Origin: an uncultured bacterium | GTDB lineage: Bacteria > Verrucomicrobiota > Verrucomicrobiia > Limisphaerales > UBA8199 | Assembly (NCBI GenBank): GCA_963749495.1 | Contig: CAVVMW010000010.1 | Coordinates: 352,001-416,000 of the forward strand | DNA: 64,000 bases | Direction of reading: 5' to 3' | Notes under the pieces: generated by a model | Told to the model about the DNA's origin: nothing | Databases searched by the model: none | The model's input: the letters and a program-made list of their open reading frames with translations, nothing else | Part shown: positions 19,346 to 29,900 of the stretch, in pieces | How the letters are laid out: every line of letters starts with the position of its first letter | Position numbering within the stretch: the first letter of the stretch is position 1 | Made by a program: the position numbers and the translations under genes

Positions 19346-20407
19346 ATGAAGCCCATGACCTCCCGAGAACGGGTGCTCGCCGCCATGGACCGCCGGCCGG
19401 CGGACCGGACGCCGGCCGATTACAAGGCCGAGCCGGCCGTCAACCAATACATGATGGAGCACCTGGGGGCCGGCAGTTGTGAGGAGCTGCTGCAACGGCT
19501 GGAAATCGACGTGCGCCGGCTCGAACCGCGCTACGTCGGCCCCGCCTTCAGGACTTTCGAGGACGGCGTTTTCGAGGACTACTGGGGCATTCGTTCCAAG
19601 CACCTCCAGGCCGAGCACGGCAGCTACGACATGCACGTCCACACGCCGCTTTGGGACGCGCAGTCCGTGGCGGACCTCGAGCGCCATCCCTGGCCCTCGC
19701 CTGATATCTTCGATTACTCGGTGATGCGCGCCCAGTGCGGCCGCCACCGCGATTATGCGCTCATGTACGAAGGGGCCGATTTGTTCACCCGCCCTTGCAT
19801 TCTCAGGAACATGGAGAACGTCCTGCTCGATATGATCGAGCGGCCCGAAATGGCCCACTGCCTGTTCGAGCAGTTCACCCGGTTCTATTGCGAGGACATC
19901 ACCCGCGCCCTGGAGGCCACCCATGGCGGGTTCGACATCTATTGCGAGTGGAGCGACTACGGCACGCAACGCGCCTTGCTCATTTCCGTGCCGATGTTCC
20001 GCCAATTCATCGCGCCCTATCTCAAGCGCCTCATCGATGTCGTCCATTCGGGGGGCGTCAAGTTCATGGCCCATAGTTGCGGCGCCATTCGCCCGCTCAT
20101 CCCCGACCTCATCGCGCTGGGCGTCGATGCCCTCGACCCCATCCAGGTTGCCGCCCAGGGGATGGACCCCGCGGCGCTCAAACGCGACTTTGGCGGCCAG
20201 TTGGCCTTCCATGGCGGTGTCTGCACCCAGCGCACCCTGCCGTTCGGCACTCCCCTGGAGGTCAGGGAAGCTGTGCTCCACCGCGTGGCCACGCTCGGGG
20301 CGGGCGGGGGCTATATCCTCGCCTCCAGCCATGACATCAGCGCAGATACCCCGCCCCAAAACGTCGTGGCCATGTACCAGCCCGAACTGCGCACTCTCAC
20401 CCCATGA
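19346..20407 (+). CDS. Uroporphyrinogen decarboxylase / MtaA-CmuA-like family protein
   Basis: MTSRERVLAAM…, SDYGTQ, MAHSCG, DPIQV, FHGGVCTQRTLPFGT, YILASSH. Confidence 0.85.
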   Translation: MKPMTSRERVLAAMDRRPADRTPADYKAEPAVNQYMMEHLGAGSCEELLQRLEIDVRRLEPRYVGPAFRTFEDGVFEDYWGIRSKHLQAEHGSYDMHVHTPLWDAQSVADLERHPWPSPDIFDYSVMRAQCGRHRDYALMYEGADLFTRPCILRNMENVLLDMIERPEMAHCLFEQFTRFYCEDITRALEATHGGFDIYCEWSDYGTQRALLISVPMFRQFIAPYLKRLIDVVHSGGVKFMAHSCGAIRPLIPDLIALGVDALDPIQVAAQGMDPAALKRDFGGQLAFHGGVCTQRTLPFGTPLEVREAVLHRVATLGAGGGYILASSHDISADTPPQNVVAMYQPELRTLTP

Positions 20408-20432
20408 CCGGGCAACCGAAAGGTCCCTATCA

Positions 20433-20576
20433 TAGAGCGTGTCCCAGAAACCGCGAATTCTGGGACCTTTGTCGCAGCCTTTGTCGAAACCTTTGTCGGA
20501 TTGGCCATGCCTCGACAAAGGCCGCGACAAAGGCCGCGACAAAGGTCCGGAATCAGGGTTTTTGGGACAAGCTCTA
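20433..20576. mobile_element. MITE-like element with TIRs enclosing the CTTTGTCG/CGACAAAG palindrome
   Basis: tagagcgtgtcccagaaacc / ggtttttgggacaagctcta around spaced (ctttgtcg)x3 … (cgacaaagg)x3. Confidence 0.65.
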
Positions 20577-20606
20577 TCACAGAAAGAAGGTTAAACCCAC
20601 ATTAGC

Positions 20607-21542
20607 ATGTCCATACTCTGCATAGGTCAACTGGTCGCTGACATCGTGGTGCGGCCCGTAAACGGGCTGCCGGTTCCTGGCCGGACCGATTTCGTGGAGG
20701 AGCTCCAACTGCTGGCGGGCGGGTGCGCCGCAAATACGGCCGCGGTGGCGGCCAAACTGGGCGCCGAGGCCCGCGTGGCGGCGCTGATTGGCCAGGACAG
20801 CCTGGGCGATGCGGCGCTGGCCGATCTTCGGGCGGCTGGGGTCCGCCTGGACGCGGTGGTGCGCGACCGCTCCGTGTCCACCTCGGCAGTGGTCGTCCTG
20901 GTCAGCGGCACCGGGGAACGCTCCTTCCTCTACCGGGATGGCGGGAACGAGCGGCTGGCAAACCGCCATGTCCCCGACAGCGTGTTGAAAGAGGCGCGGC
21001 TCGTACACGTGGGCGGCGCGATGAAGCTGATGGAGCTGGACCTGGCGGAGTTGCTGGGGCGGGCCAAATCCTTTGGTTGCACCACCTCGCTCGATACCGA
21101 TTGGGACGCGCGCGGCAACTGGATGCGCAAGCTGGGAGACGCGCTGCCCAAGCTCGATTATCTCATGACCAATCAGGAGGAGGCCGCAATGCTGGCCGGC
21201 AAACAGGCCCCCCAGGATGCGGCCCGCGCGTTGCTGGCGCTGGGGCCGCAGGCGGTCGCGGTCAAACGCGGTGAGCGGGGCTCGATGCTGGCCACGCCGC
21301 GCGGCGTTTTCGAGTTGCCCGCCTACCGCGTCCCGGTGCGGGACACCACCTGTGCGGGCGATTCGTTTGCGGCGGGTTTCCTCCTGGGCGTGAGCCGAGG
21401 CTGGCCGCTCGAGGATTCGATGCGGCTGGGCAACGCCGCCGGCGCCTTGTGTACGACCCAAATCAGCCACCGCGCAATCACTTCCCTGGAGGACACACTG
21501 CGGTTGGTCAAAAGCCAGCCGGTGGACGCCGCCGTGGTTTAG
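20607..21542 (+). CDS. PfkB family carbohydrate kinase
   Basis: AGGCAANTA and DTTCAGDSFAAGF signatures. Confidence 0.9.
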   Translation: MSILCIGQLVADIVVRPVNGLPVPGRTDFVEELQLLAGGCAANTAAVAAKLGAEARVAALIGQDSLGDAALADLRAAGVRLDAVVRDRSVSTSAVVVLVSGTGERSFLYRDGGNERLANRHVPDSVLKEARLVHVGGAMKLMELDLAELLGRAKSFGCTTSLDTDWDARGNWMRKLGDALPKLDYLMTNQEEAAMLAGKQAPQDAARALLALGPQAVAVKRGERGSMLATPRGVFELPAYRVPVRDTTCAGDSFAAGFLLGVSRGWPLEDSMRLGNAAGALCTTQISHRAITSLEDTLRLVKSQPVDAAVV

Positions 21543-21612
21543 GGCGATCGCGTTAAGAATATGCGCCCGCAAACCGTGCCCGGATCGTGGTATTGCCCGG
21601 AGGCGCTCCAGC

Positions 21613-21786
21613 GGGCGCATCCCGAGACCGCCCCCACCGCAGGGGGCCGGAGCGGAGTGCGCCCGTCCCCGGGCGCAGCAACGTCCGGAGCCAGGGCAGC
21701 GGTCGAACATTCCGGCGCGCCTGCCCGCTCCGTCGCTGCTGCGCCCGGGGACGGGCGCACTCCGGGGGCACTGTCAGGAAGGGTCC
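21613..21786. mobile_element. 174-bp MITE (same family as 55988-56161)
   Basis: Same length and inner ggagtgcgcccgtcc…ggacgggcgcactcc palindrome; flanks cgctccagc / ggctccagc (8/9 match). Confidence 0.7.
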
Positions 21787-21823
21787 GGCTCCAGCCCTGG
21801 GTTCCCTCTGCACTCTACACTCG

Positions 21824-22889
21824 ATGACTCCCCGCGAACGAACCCTGGCCGTGCTGGCGCGCAAGCGGCCTGACCGCCTGCCACGCGAACTGAAGTTGAC
21901 GCCGTCGCTCCTGGAAGCGCTCAAGAAGCGGACCGGCTCCACTGACCCGGCCGAGCACTTCGGCCTGGAGGTGCGGGATGTGTATTTGGCCCCGCCGGCC
22001 AAACTGCCGGACTTCAGCCCCTACTATCCCGAGGGCCTGCCCAAACTCTGGAATCCGCCAGGCTGGGAGGTGGGCGAATGGGGAGTCGGGGTCACCGGCT
22101 GCTCGACCTACCATTTTATCCACATCGAACATCCCATGCGCCGGCTGACCCGGATCGAGGAACTGGAGCGGTATCCGTTTCCAGACCCAACGGCGCCGGA
22201 ACGGCACAAAGCACCTGGCCGGCCAGGTGCGCTGCCTGCACGAGCGCGGCCTGTTCGCCATCGGCTTCATGGAGTGGACGATCTTCGAGATCGCCTGGCA
22301 CCTGCGCGGCATGGAGGAGTTGTTCCAGGACATGGCGTTCAATCCGCCCTTCGCCGAATACCTGCTGGACCGCATCACGGCCATCCGCTGTGCCCAGGCC
22401 CGGCTCCATGCCGCCGCAGGCGTGGACCTGCTGAAAATCGGGGACGACATGGGCACGCAGATCGCCATGTTCATGAGCCCGGCCATGTACCGCCGGTGGT
22501 TCAAGCCGCGGCACGCCGCGGTCATCCGCGCCGCGCGTGAGGTGCGTCCCGATTTGCCCGTCTGTTACCACAGCGACGGCAAATGCCGGGACATCATCCC
22601 GGACCTGATCGAGATTGGCGTCACGGTGCTCAACCCCGTGCAGCCGGAGTGCCTGGACCTGGTCCAGGTCAAAGAGCAATTCGGCGACCGGCTCGTCTTT
22701 TGGGGCGGCATCGGCACCCAGACGACCATGCCCTTCGCCACGCCCGACGAGGTCTATCGCACCGTGCAGCAAACGATCCGCGTGCTCGGCCCCACGGGCT
22801 ATCTCCCCTGCCCAACCCATGTCCTGGAACCGGAAGTGCCGTGGGAAAATATCGAGGCCTTCCTCCGCGCCGTGGAGGAATTCCGGTAG
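21824..22889 (+). CDS. Second uroporphyrinogen decarboxylase-family protein (frameshift near 22209)
   Basis: MTPRERTLAVL… then, in the shifted frame, GDDMGTQ, YHSDG, NPVQPEC, FWGGIGTQ, PTHVLEPEVPWENI. Confidence 0.82.
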
Positions 22890-22935
22890 GCGTTCCAACG
22901 TCGCTCTAAACCGAACCCCATAGCTTTGGCACAAC

Positions 22936-23014
22936 CTTTGTCGCAGCCTTTGTCGCAGCCTTTGTCGAGAAATCGCGCATTCGACAAAGGCCGCGACAAA
23001 GGCCGCGACAAAGG
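22936..23014. repeat. CTTTGTCG/CGACAAAG palindromic repeat between convergent genes
   Basis: Three ctttgtcg units followed by three cgacaaagg units. Confidence 0.75.
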
Positions 23015-23036
23015 TCCCAGAACCGCATGACTGTGC

Positions 23037-23735
23037 CTACTCGCGCGTCGTTGCCGAAACCTGCCGGAGGAAGTTCGTCGTCCACGCGCGAACGTTAGGG
23101 TCCGGGTCGCTCAGGTATCTGCGTAGAGCGGCCTCGACCTCCTCTTTGGCCAGGCCGGCATTGGCCAGGGCGCCGGCGGCCACCGAACGAACATCGGGAT
23201 GCTTGTCTGCCAGCACTTCGATGAGCGCCCTCCGGGCCGTCCCGTCCGTTTTTGCAAACGGCTGGAGGGCCGACGCCGCAGCGAACCGGTTCAACCAGGG
23301 CTTGTCCTCTTTGAGTACCCGCACCAAAGCCGGGATTGCCGGCGCGGCGTTCGTCCCCAGGCGGCATAATAGCCATAAAGTGTTGCGCCGGGCCACGTCA
23401 GTGTCAATTGGCCGCGGCAATGGCCTGGCCGCCCATGCCGGGAGTTTGAACCAGGTTTTCGTGTAAACCCCATTGAAGAGTTGCCGGAAGGGGCTCTGCG
23501 GCCTTTCCAGGTACCTGGCCAGGAAGGGAACGGCGGCCGAGTCCAGCGCCGGGACCTCACCGAATCGAGGTCCAAGCATCCCCGGGCCAATCTCTCCAGT
23601 GCGGCGAATCCAGTAGCCCAAAGGCTTCCCTTTATAGACCGGCTCCGGCTCGTGCTTGTGCAAGCCTTCCCACACGGCCAATCCAAGGACAGCCACGAGC
23701 AGCGCAGCCAGGACAATGAAGACCCGTTTTTTCAC
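23037..23735 (-). CDS. Membrane-anchored HEAT-repeat protein
   Basis: GTG start MKKRVFIVLAALLVAVLGLAVW; EPEPVYKGKPLGYW; HEAT units AIPALVRVLKE…, DKHPDVRSVAAGAL, DPDPNVR. Confidence 0.75.
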   Translation of the reverse strand: MKKRVFIVLAALLVAVLGLAVWEGLHKHEPEPVYKGKPLGYWIRRTGEIGPGMLGPRFGEVPALDSAAVPFLARYLERPQSPFRQLFNGVYTKTWFKLPAWAARPLPRPIDTDVARRNTLWLLCRLGTNAAPAIPALVRVLKEDKPWLNRFAAASALQPFAKTDGTARRALIEVLADKHPDVRSVAAGALANAGLAKEEVEAALRRYLSDPDPNVRAWTTNFLRQVSATTRE

Positions 23736-23952
23736 TGCCAACTCCCTCACGCTCAAGTGTGCACGAGATACGGCAGCTTCTCTTTCATGAAATGCAGAAT
23801 AAGTTGTTGCCGTTCGGAAGCAAGTGCGCAGTCCGGTGCCCCTTTTGTCTCTTTTGTCTCTTTTGTCCCTTTTGTCCCTTTTACTCACCCCCACAAGACC
23901 CGCCAGCCAGCAGGGACAAAAGGGACAAAAGCGACCAAAAGGAGGCGGGCTT

Positions 23953-25276
23953 ATGCCAACTATTATTTTCGGTGGCACACCCCCGGGAGGCGGAGTATCT
24001 TGCCCGGTGAATTATCCGGGACTTGTGTTTTGCCTGGCCTTTGGCTCGGCGGCCCTTGGAGCGCTGACGCCGGAGCAGGCGCGGCTGTTGCCGCCGGCGA
24101 GCGCGCGGCCGGTGGTTTTTGGCCGGGACATCCGGCCGCTGCTCGAGGCCCGTTGCGTGCAATGCCACGGGCGGGGCCGGGACAAGGGAGGGTTTCGGCT
24201 CGAGACCCGCGACCTGCTGCTTCAGGGCGGGGACTCGGGCCCGGCGGTGAAGGTGGGCAACAGCCGGGAGAGCCTGCTGATCGAGCTGGTCTCCGGGCTG
24301 GACCCGGACAATGTGATGCCCAGGAAAGGGACGCGGCTGACGGTCGAGCAGGTGGGCCTGTTGCGGGCGTGGATCGACCAGGGGCTGCCCTGGGATGCGG
24401 GGATGACTTTCGCCAAAGCTGCGCCGCTCAACCTGGCGCCCCCGGCGCCGGCCTTCGAGGTGTCGGCGTCCGGCCCGGTCAATCCTATCAACCAAATCCT
24501 TGGGCCGTATTTTGCCGCCAAAGGGGTGAATGCCGGGGCAGTAGTGGAGGACCGTCTCTATGCGCGCCGGGTGTACCTGGATGCCATCGGCTTGCTCCCG
24601 CCGGCCGATGAACTGGAGGCCTTCGTGAAAGATGAGCAGCCGGCCTGGAACCAGGACCTGCTGGATTGGCTGGCGAAGAACCTGGTCGAGCACCGCTACG
24701 ATTTGAAGCACACGCTCGAAGTCATGCTCACCAGCCGGGCCTGCCAGATGCCGGCGGTGGACCTCGGGGAGGCCCAAGCCAAAGAGTTTGTCTTCGGCGG
24801 TCCCGGCGTCCGGCGCCTCTCGGCTGAGGAATTCCGCGATGCCCTGGGCCAGCTTACCGGCGTCTGGCATGAAAAAACCGAGTTGCCGGCGGCAACCAAT
24901 TCGAACCCGAATTCGAGTTCGATTCGGGCGGCGCTCGTGGCGGCGGACCCGCTGACCACGGCGCTGGGCCGGCCCAACCGCGATCAGGTTGTCACGGCCC
25001 GCGCCGGCGCGGCCACGACCTTGCAGGCTCTCGAGACTCATACACGGGCAAACGCTGGCGGACATCCTGCAACGCGGGGCCGCAAGGCTTCTCGGCTCGG
25101 GTTCAACTCCGGGCGAGTTGGTGGATCGTCTCTACCTTGGCGCGCTGGGCCGGGCGCCCAGCGCCGCCGAGAAGGCGCTCGCCTCGGAGTTGGTGGGCCT
25201 GCCGGCGCAGCCGCAAGGTGTGGAGGACCTGCTCTGGGCGGTGGCGATGCTGCCGGAGTTTCAGTTGGTGAACTAA
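23953..25276 (+). pseudogene. Planctomycete cytochrome c / PSD1 (DUF1549-DUF1553) protein with a large internal deletion and a frameshift near 25037
   Basis: CVQCH heme motif; RRVYLDAIGLLPP (start of DUF1549) joins directly to DLLDWLA…YDLK…RRLSAE (DUF1553); start uncertain. Confidence 0.7.
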
Positions 25277-25293
25277 CGAGCGGGGGAGGAACG

Positions 25294-26780
25294 ATGCACA
25301 CACGACGTGACTTTCTGAGGACTGCCGGCGCGGCAACGCTGTCGGCGTTGGCGTCAGGTTTTCCGCGCCAGCTCTTGAGCGCGGAATCTGTGGCCCAGAC
25401 GCCCCCCCTACGGCCGACACGGTGATTGTGCTCTGGATGGCGGGCGGCATGGCCCACACCGAGACCTTCGATCCCAAACGCTATACTCCCTTCGAGAAGG
25501 GAATGGCTCCGAGCGCCTTCCTGAGCACGTTCCCCAGCATCGAGACGGCGGTGGACGGCATCCGGTTTTCCCAGGGCCTGGAGAACCTGGCCCGGGTGAT
25601 GGATCGGGGCACGCTCATCCGGACCTACACCGCCGGCGACCTCGGTTTCATCCTGCACTCGCGGCACCAATACCAGTGGCACACCGGCTACGCCCCGCCG
25701 CAGACCCTTGCCGCGCCTCACCTGGGCGCGGTCATCGCCCGCACGCTCGGGCCGCTCAACCCGGTCGTGCCCGCCTTCATCAATATCGGCCAGCGCCTCG
25801 ACGTGGGTGAAGGCGGAGAACTCAAGGCCTTTACCACCGCAGGCTTCCTGGGCAGCGAATACGGGCCCTTCAGCATCCCGTTCCCGGACCAGGCCGCGCA
25901 GAGCGTGCGTCCACCCGGCGGCATGACGCCCGGCCGCTTCGAGGACCGGCAGAAGTTCCTCAAGAAGCTCCTGGCCGGCAGTCCCATCGGCCAATACGGC
26001 AGCGGCTATCAAAAGGACTCGCTGTTGCGTTCGCTGGACAACGCCTACCGGCTGCTCAGTTCGCCGGCGGCCAAGGCCTTTGACCTCGCCCTGGAGCCGC
26101 TGGAGAATATCCGCAAATACGCCCCGGTGTACGAGCCGGGCCGGCGGTTCGATGCCGCCGAGGATCGGTTTGGGGCCAAATACGAGGAGCAGATGGTGGG
26201 GCGATTCGGCCTGGGGTGCCTGCTGGCGCGGCGCCTGGCGGAGGTGGGCGCGCGCTACATCGAGGTCACCACCGAGTACATCCCGTTCTTGAACTGGGAC
26301 ACGCACGAGAACGGGCACACGCGGGCGGCGGCGATGAAGAGGCAGATCGATGCCCCGGCGGCCCAGTTAGTGCTCGACCTCGAGGAGCGCGGGTTGCTCA
26401 ATCGCACCCTGGTCGTCCTGGCCAGCGAGTTCAGCCGCGATGCCCTCATCGAGGGCAAACCTGATCACAAGGTCAAGGACCAGGTCGAGGTGCCCGATAA
26501 GATCCAGGACCTCAAGTTTTATGGCATGCACCGCCATTTCACCGATGCCGGCTGCGTGCTCTTGTTTGGCGGGGGCGTCCGGCGGGGCTGCCTGCACGGC
26601 CGCACCGCGGAGGAGCGCCCGTGCCGCACCCTCGGCCAGCGAGTCGTCATCGAGGACCTCCACGCCTCGCTCTACAGCGCCCTGGGCATCTCCCCCAGGC
26701 TCGCCTACGAGACCGAGCGCCGTCCTTTCTACGTGACCCGAGACGGGCAGGGCCAGCGGATTGGGGAGCTGTTTAGCTAG
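25294..26780 (+). CDS. DUF1501 family protein with Tat signal (frameshift in C-run near 25405)
   Basis: MHTRRDFLRTAG; LWMAGGMAHTETFDPK, CLLARRL, WDTH, SEFSR; usual partner of PSD1 genes. Confidence 0.85.
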
Positions 26781-26783
26781 CCC

Positions 26784-26998
26784 GCGCGTCGCGGAGCAAC
26801 GGATGAATGTAGCCGCGGACCTCGGTCCACGGTTTGGGACATTGGAGGAGCCCCGCGTCGCGCAGCAACGCTTGAGGGCTTCGCGCTGGCAGATCCAATC
26901 CTGTTTTCAGGCGTCACTACGCAACGCGGGACCACTCCAACGCTCGAAGCCATGGACTGAAATCCATGGCTACCTTCAGGGCGTCGCTACGCGACGCC
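26784..26998. repeat. Long imperfect palindromic repeat between convergent genes
   Basis: gcgtcgcggagcaacg…gtagcc … ccatggactgaaatccatggctac…cgtcgctacgcgacgc. Confidence 0.55.
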
Positions 26999-29900
26999 CC
27001 GCACCGGGTTCCGCTCGGTACACCCTGAGCCGATAGTAGGTCTGCACGCTGGGCACGAAGGTGGTATCCAGGACGGTGATGTTGGCGCCGGTTCCGGAGA
27101 TGCCGTCCTGTACGACGCGCCAGGTGACGAGGTCGGTCGTGGCCAGGACCTGGTAAGTGCGGAAGAGGGCGGAGCGGAAGGTGACTTGCCAGCGGCCATC
27201 CAAAGGAGAGACGGAGACGCTGGTGATGGCGAGTCTCGATGTGGGGTCCTTGGGGTAGGTGTTGGCCTGGTACTCCTGCCAATTGAGCATCCCGTCGTTA
27301 TCGGAATCCAGGGTCTCGGCATTGGTCCAGGTCGTGGGGTCGGTGAAACCGTTGGCCATGAGCCAGCCGACGGGCGTGCCATAGGGCAGGGTGGGCAAGT
27401 TGGTCACCATGCCGTTGAGGTAATTGCTCATGCCCTGGCCGGTGTACCCCGGGGTGTTGTTGGTGAGCGCATAGAGGTTGGTGTCCACCCCAAAGATGCC
27501 GAACGCGGTGTTGGTGGTGATCGCGTCGCGGAAGGAGAAGTCGACCACCTCGCCGAAGGAGCCCCAGGCGAGGCTGTTGGTCTGGACGCCGGGCCCGCTG
27601 TACGGATCGGGGGCGCTCAGGAGCAGCCAGGTGCCGTTGCTGCCGTCGTCGGTGGGCGTGGCAGTCCACCCGGCGAGCAAATCGGCGGCGTTGGTGGCGG
27701 CCGCCATGGTGCCGGGCCAGTTGAGGCGGAAGTGGAGGTTGAACTGGCGGATATAGGGCGGGAGGTAGTCGGCGTAGAGGCTGGCCGTGGAGGGCAGGGT
27801 GGCATTGGGCTGCAGGTGCAGCAGGCCGACGTTGACGTCTCCGGCATACTTGCACGGGTCGTACGGGGAAAAGACGGTGAAGTTGGTGACGTTGGTCGAA
27901 TACGAGTTGGTGACGTAGGTTGCGTTGCTGGTGGTCGGATCAATATTGGTCGTGATGATGTCGTAATTGCTGACCCACCAGGGGTTGGTAGGAGAGACGG
28001 CGGTGAGGCCGTTGTAGGTGATGGAGAACGAGGGCATGAAGATCGGGGCGCCGCAAATTTTGGGGGTGACCCAGCGCAGCCGGTAGAGGCCCGTGAAGAC
28101 CTTGCCGATCTGAGCGAACTGCCCGGCCAGGTCGGCGGCGGTCTGGCCGGTCAGGTAAGTGCCGCCGGAGGCGCCGGTGATCTCCTGGAGGTTGGCGGTG
28201 TTGATATTCTGGCCGAAGCCCACGCAATAGACCTGGACGTTGGCGTTGGTCGCGGCCTTGATGACATCGAGGACCGTGCTGGTGCTCGAGTTGTCATTGC
28301 CGTCGGAGACGAAGATGACGGCGTGCATCTCGCTGCTGTTGTTGGCGCCCAGATCCTTGATGGCCGCCACCAGCGCGTTCCAGCAGCGCGAGCTGGTCTC
28401 GTTATAGTTGATGTAGTTGGTCCAGATGCCCGCGATGGCGTTGAAGGCGGCCGTCTCGTTGGTCAGCCCGACCACCCGGTTGGGGGCCAGGTCTTTCCGG
28501 TGAAACTCCCAGACCCCGATCTGGGTCGAGGCCGGCTGCTGCGTCACAAAGGTCTCGGCGGCGGTCACCTCCGCCTCGACCGAGTCCGAAATCCCGTTGC
28601 CGTTGGAGTCGCCGTTGAGGGCGATCGAGCCGATGCTCTCCGAGAAATCGAGCACGAGCTCGAGCTTGACCTTGAGCGCGCCGGGGATGACGCGCTTGAG
28701 AATAAACGCCGTTTCGCTCGGGTCCACCTGATTGGTGTCCTCGAAGGCCGCCACCGAGAGCAGGCCCGGATCGACCACCAGGGGATCGCCCATCGTGGGG
28801 TCGTTGTTGTCGCGCAGCCCGAACTGGATGTCCAGGAGGTAGGGCTTGGAGTAGTTGGTGTGCACATTGACGATGGACAGACCGGTGACCTGGCCGTAGC
28901 CGATCGAGATGTGGAGCTGACCGGAGCCGGTGCCCCAGGGGTTGCTGGCGGCCAGGGTGGCATCGTATTCGCCGGCGTAAGCGGGGATGCCGGCGATGAC
29001 GCCGCTGGCTTGGTTGAGGAGCAAACCCGGCGGCAGGTTCTGAGCGGAAAAGCTGGTGGGCGATTGGGTGGCGGCAATGGTGTAAGAGAAGTTGGCGCCT
29101 GCGGTGCCGGTGGCGTTGGTGGCGCTGGTGACGGCCGGGGCGCTGGAGGAGACGTCCAGCCTGAGCAGCTTGCTGTCGCCGGCGCAGGCATTGACGGTGC
29201 CCAGGCGGATGTAGAAGGTGCCGCTCTCGAAATTGGAGCCGCTGATAATTCCGTTGGTGGGGTTCAACGTCAGGCCGGGCGGCAACACCGATGAGATGTA
29301 AAGGACGGGGTTGTGCAGGGCGGTAATGGCGTAGGCGAAGGGCTGTCCCTGGACCGCCGCATTGGTCAGGGAACTGGTGATGAGCGGCGGCTCCGGGTTG
29401 ATGGCCAGAGTGGCCACGCTGCTGGTGATGGCGCCGCAGGCGCACGACACGACGGCGCTGTACTGGCCCACATTCCCATTGGTCACCCCGGGCAGGATGA
29501 GCGTCGCGTTGGTGGCGTCGGGCATGGGTGCGCCGCCGAAGAACCATTGGTAGCTTAGGGGTGTGGGGCCCGTGGCGCCGACGCTGTTGGTGACGGTGTC
29601 GCCGCAAAAGGCAACCAAGGAGGGCTGCGGCTGGTTGGTGATGACGGGGATGGCCAGGAGGGTGAGGTAGGCAACCGCGCTGGTGACCGAGCCGCACGGG
29701 CAGGCCACCGCCACCGAATAAGGCCCGTCCTGCCCGTTGGTCACTCCGGTCAAGCCCAGCACCGGGGCAGTCGCCCCGGCAATCGGCGTGCCGGTAAACA
29801 GCCATTGATAGGAGAGCGGTGAGGGCCCGGTGGCGCTAACCAGGAACGAGGCATCGCGCCCGCAATAGACCGACACGGCCTGCGGCTGGTTGGTAATGGT

